Source: Trichosphaerium sp. ATCC 40318
Taxonomy: Eukaryota > Protista > Tubulinea
Direction of reading: 5' to 3'
NCBI GenBank assembly: GCA_038496445.1
Contig: JALMLS010000175.1
Location: 251,753-315,752 of the forward strand
DNA length: 64,000 nt
Under the pieces are notes generated by a model. The model saw nothing but the letters and a program-made list of their open reading frames with translations, had not been told where the DNA came from and made no database searches. Position numbers and translations under genes: made by a program. Shown one piece after another: positions 63,738-64,000 of the stretch; within the stretch, counting starts at the first letter, position 1, and the number at the start of each line of letters is the position of its first letter.

Positions 63738-64000
63738 TCACTGAGACTTAACCATACTTAATGATGACTTGACTTCTAAAATTGTAACTCTTAACCAATC
63801 GCATCAAATAATGGGTTTACCAGGTGTTTCACACAAGTCATCACGTATTATTGTGATAACCACACAAACCTTGGACTCGGACATGAAGATACCGAAACAC
63901 AAACAAACAAGACAGTAAGAGAGTCATATTTTTCTTCAAACAGATTCTGTACTAACAATTGGTAATTGAACAGGAAACAACCAAGTCCATACAAAGTAGA
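63738..64000 (+). repeat. Near-identical duplicate of 61612-62061 (promoter and 5' part of F-box/LRR copy 5) with an internal deletion of about 190 bp; start of copy 6
   Basis: Shared gtcactgagactt...atgggtttaccaggtgtttca...caaaccttggactcgg...ccaagtccatacaaagtaga. Confidence 0.92.

Noticed and set aside
1-64000. Alternative genetic code suggested by fragmented ORFs and odd tRNAs
   Set aside because: Fragmentation is explained by introns; conserved proteins (Rab14, AMDHD1, RPL32) translate correctly and TAA, TAG and TGA all serve as stops

Overview
AT-rich (roughly 35% GC by eye), gene-dense eukaryotic nuclear DNA with many short GT-AG introns (donor GTRHGT, branch CTRAC, acceptor YAG/AAG) and the standard genetic code. 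Gene content (GefL-like LRR/GBD-FH3/RasGEF, 'DLAxRN' tyrosine-kinase-like kinase, Zn2Cys6 factor) points to a free-living amoeboid protist, probably Amoebozoa; this is inferred. About 25 protein genes were reconstructed by hand across introns: a SAP protein, RasGEF, Rab14, CH/SH3/SBF2-like protein, RPL32, EF-hand protein, pectin acetylesterase, repeat/RAP-like nuclease, Ank-JmjC, ankyrin, F-box, imidazolonepropionase, kinase, TauE, AA17-like LPMO-CBM6, Zn2Cys6 TF, PhyH, Nup37, carboxylesterase, trypsin-like protease, carnitine acyltransferase, and five F-box/LRR paralogues plus the start of a sixth. Most notable: (1) the palindrome CACGTG occurs at least 57 times, about 9-fold above expectation, in exons, introns and spacers, like cyanobacterial HIP1; (2) two well-folded tRNA genes whose acceptor stems lack the normal identity elements for their anticodons, set in an inverted duplication with an anticodon-deleted copy; (3) a rapidly turning-over, intron-poor F-box/LRR family with a fixed scaffold, hypervariable positions and module duplication; (4) an AA17-type LPMO fused to a CBM6; (5) a five-repeat protein with a C-terminal PD-(D/E)XK/RAP-like nuclease. 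Exon boundaries are manual and approximate, and some frameshifts may be assembly errors.
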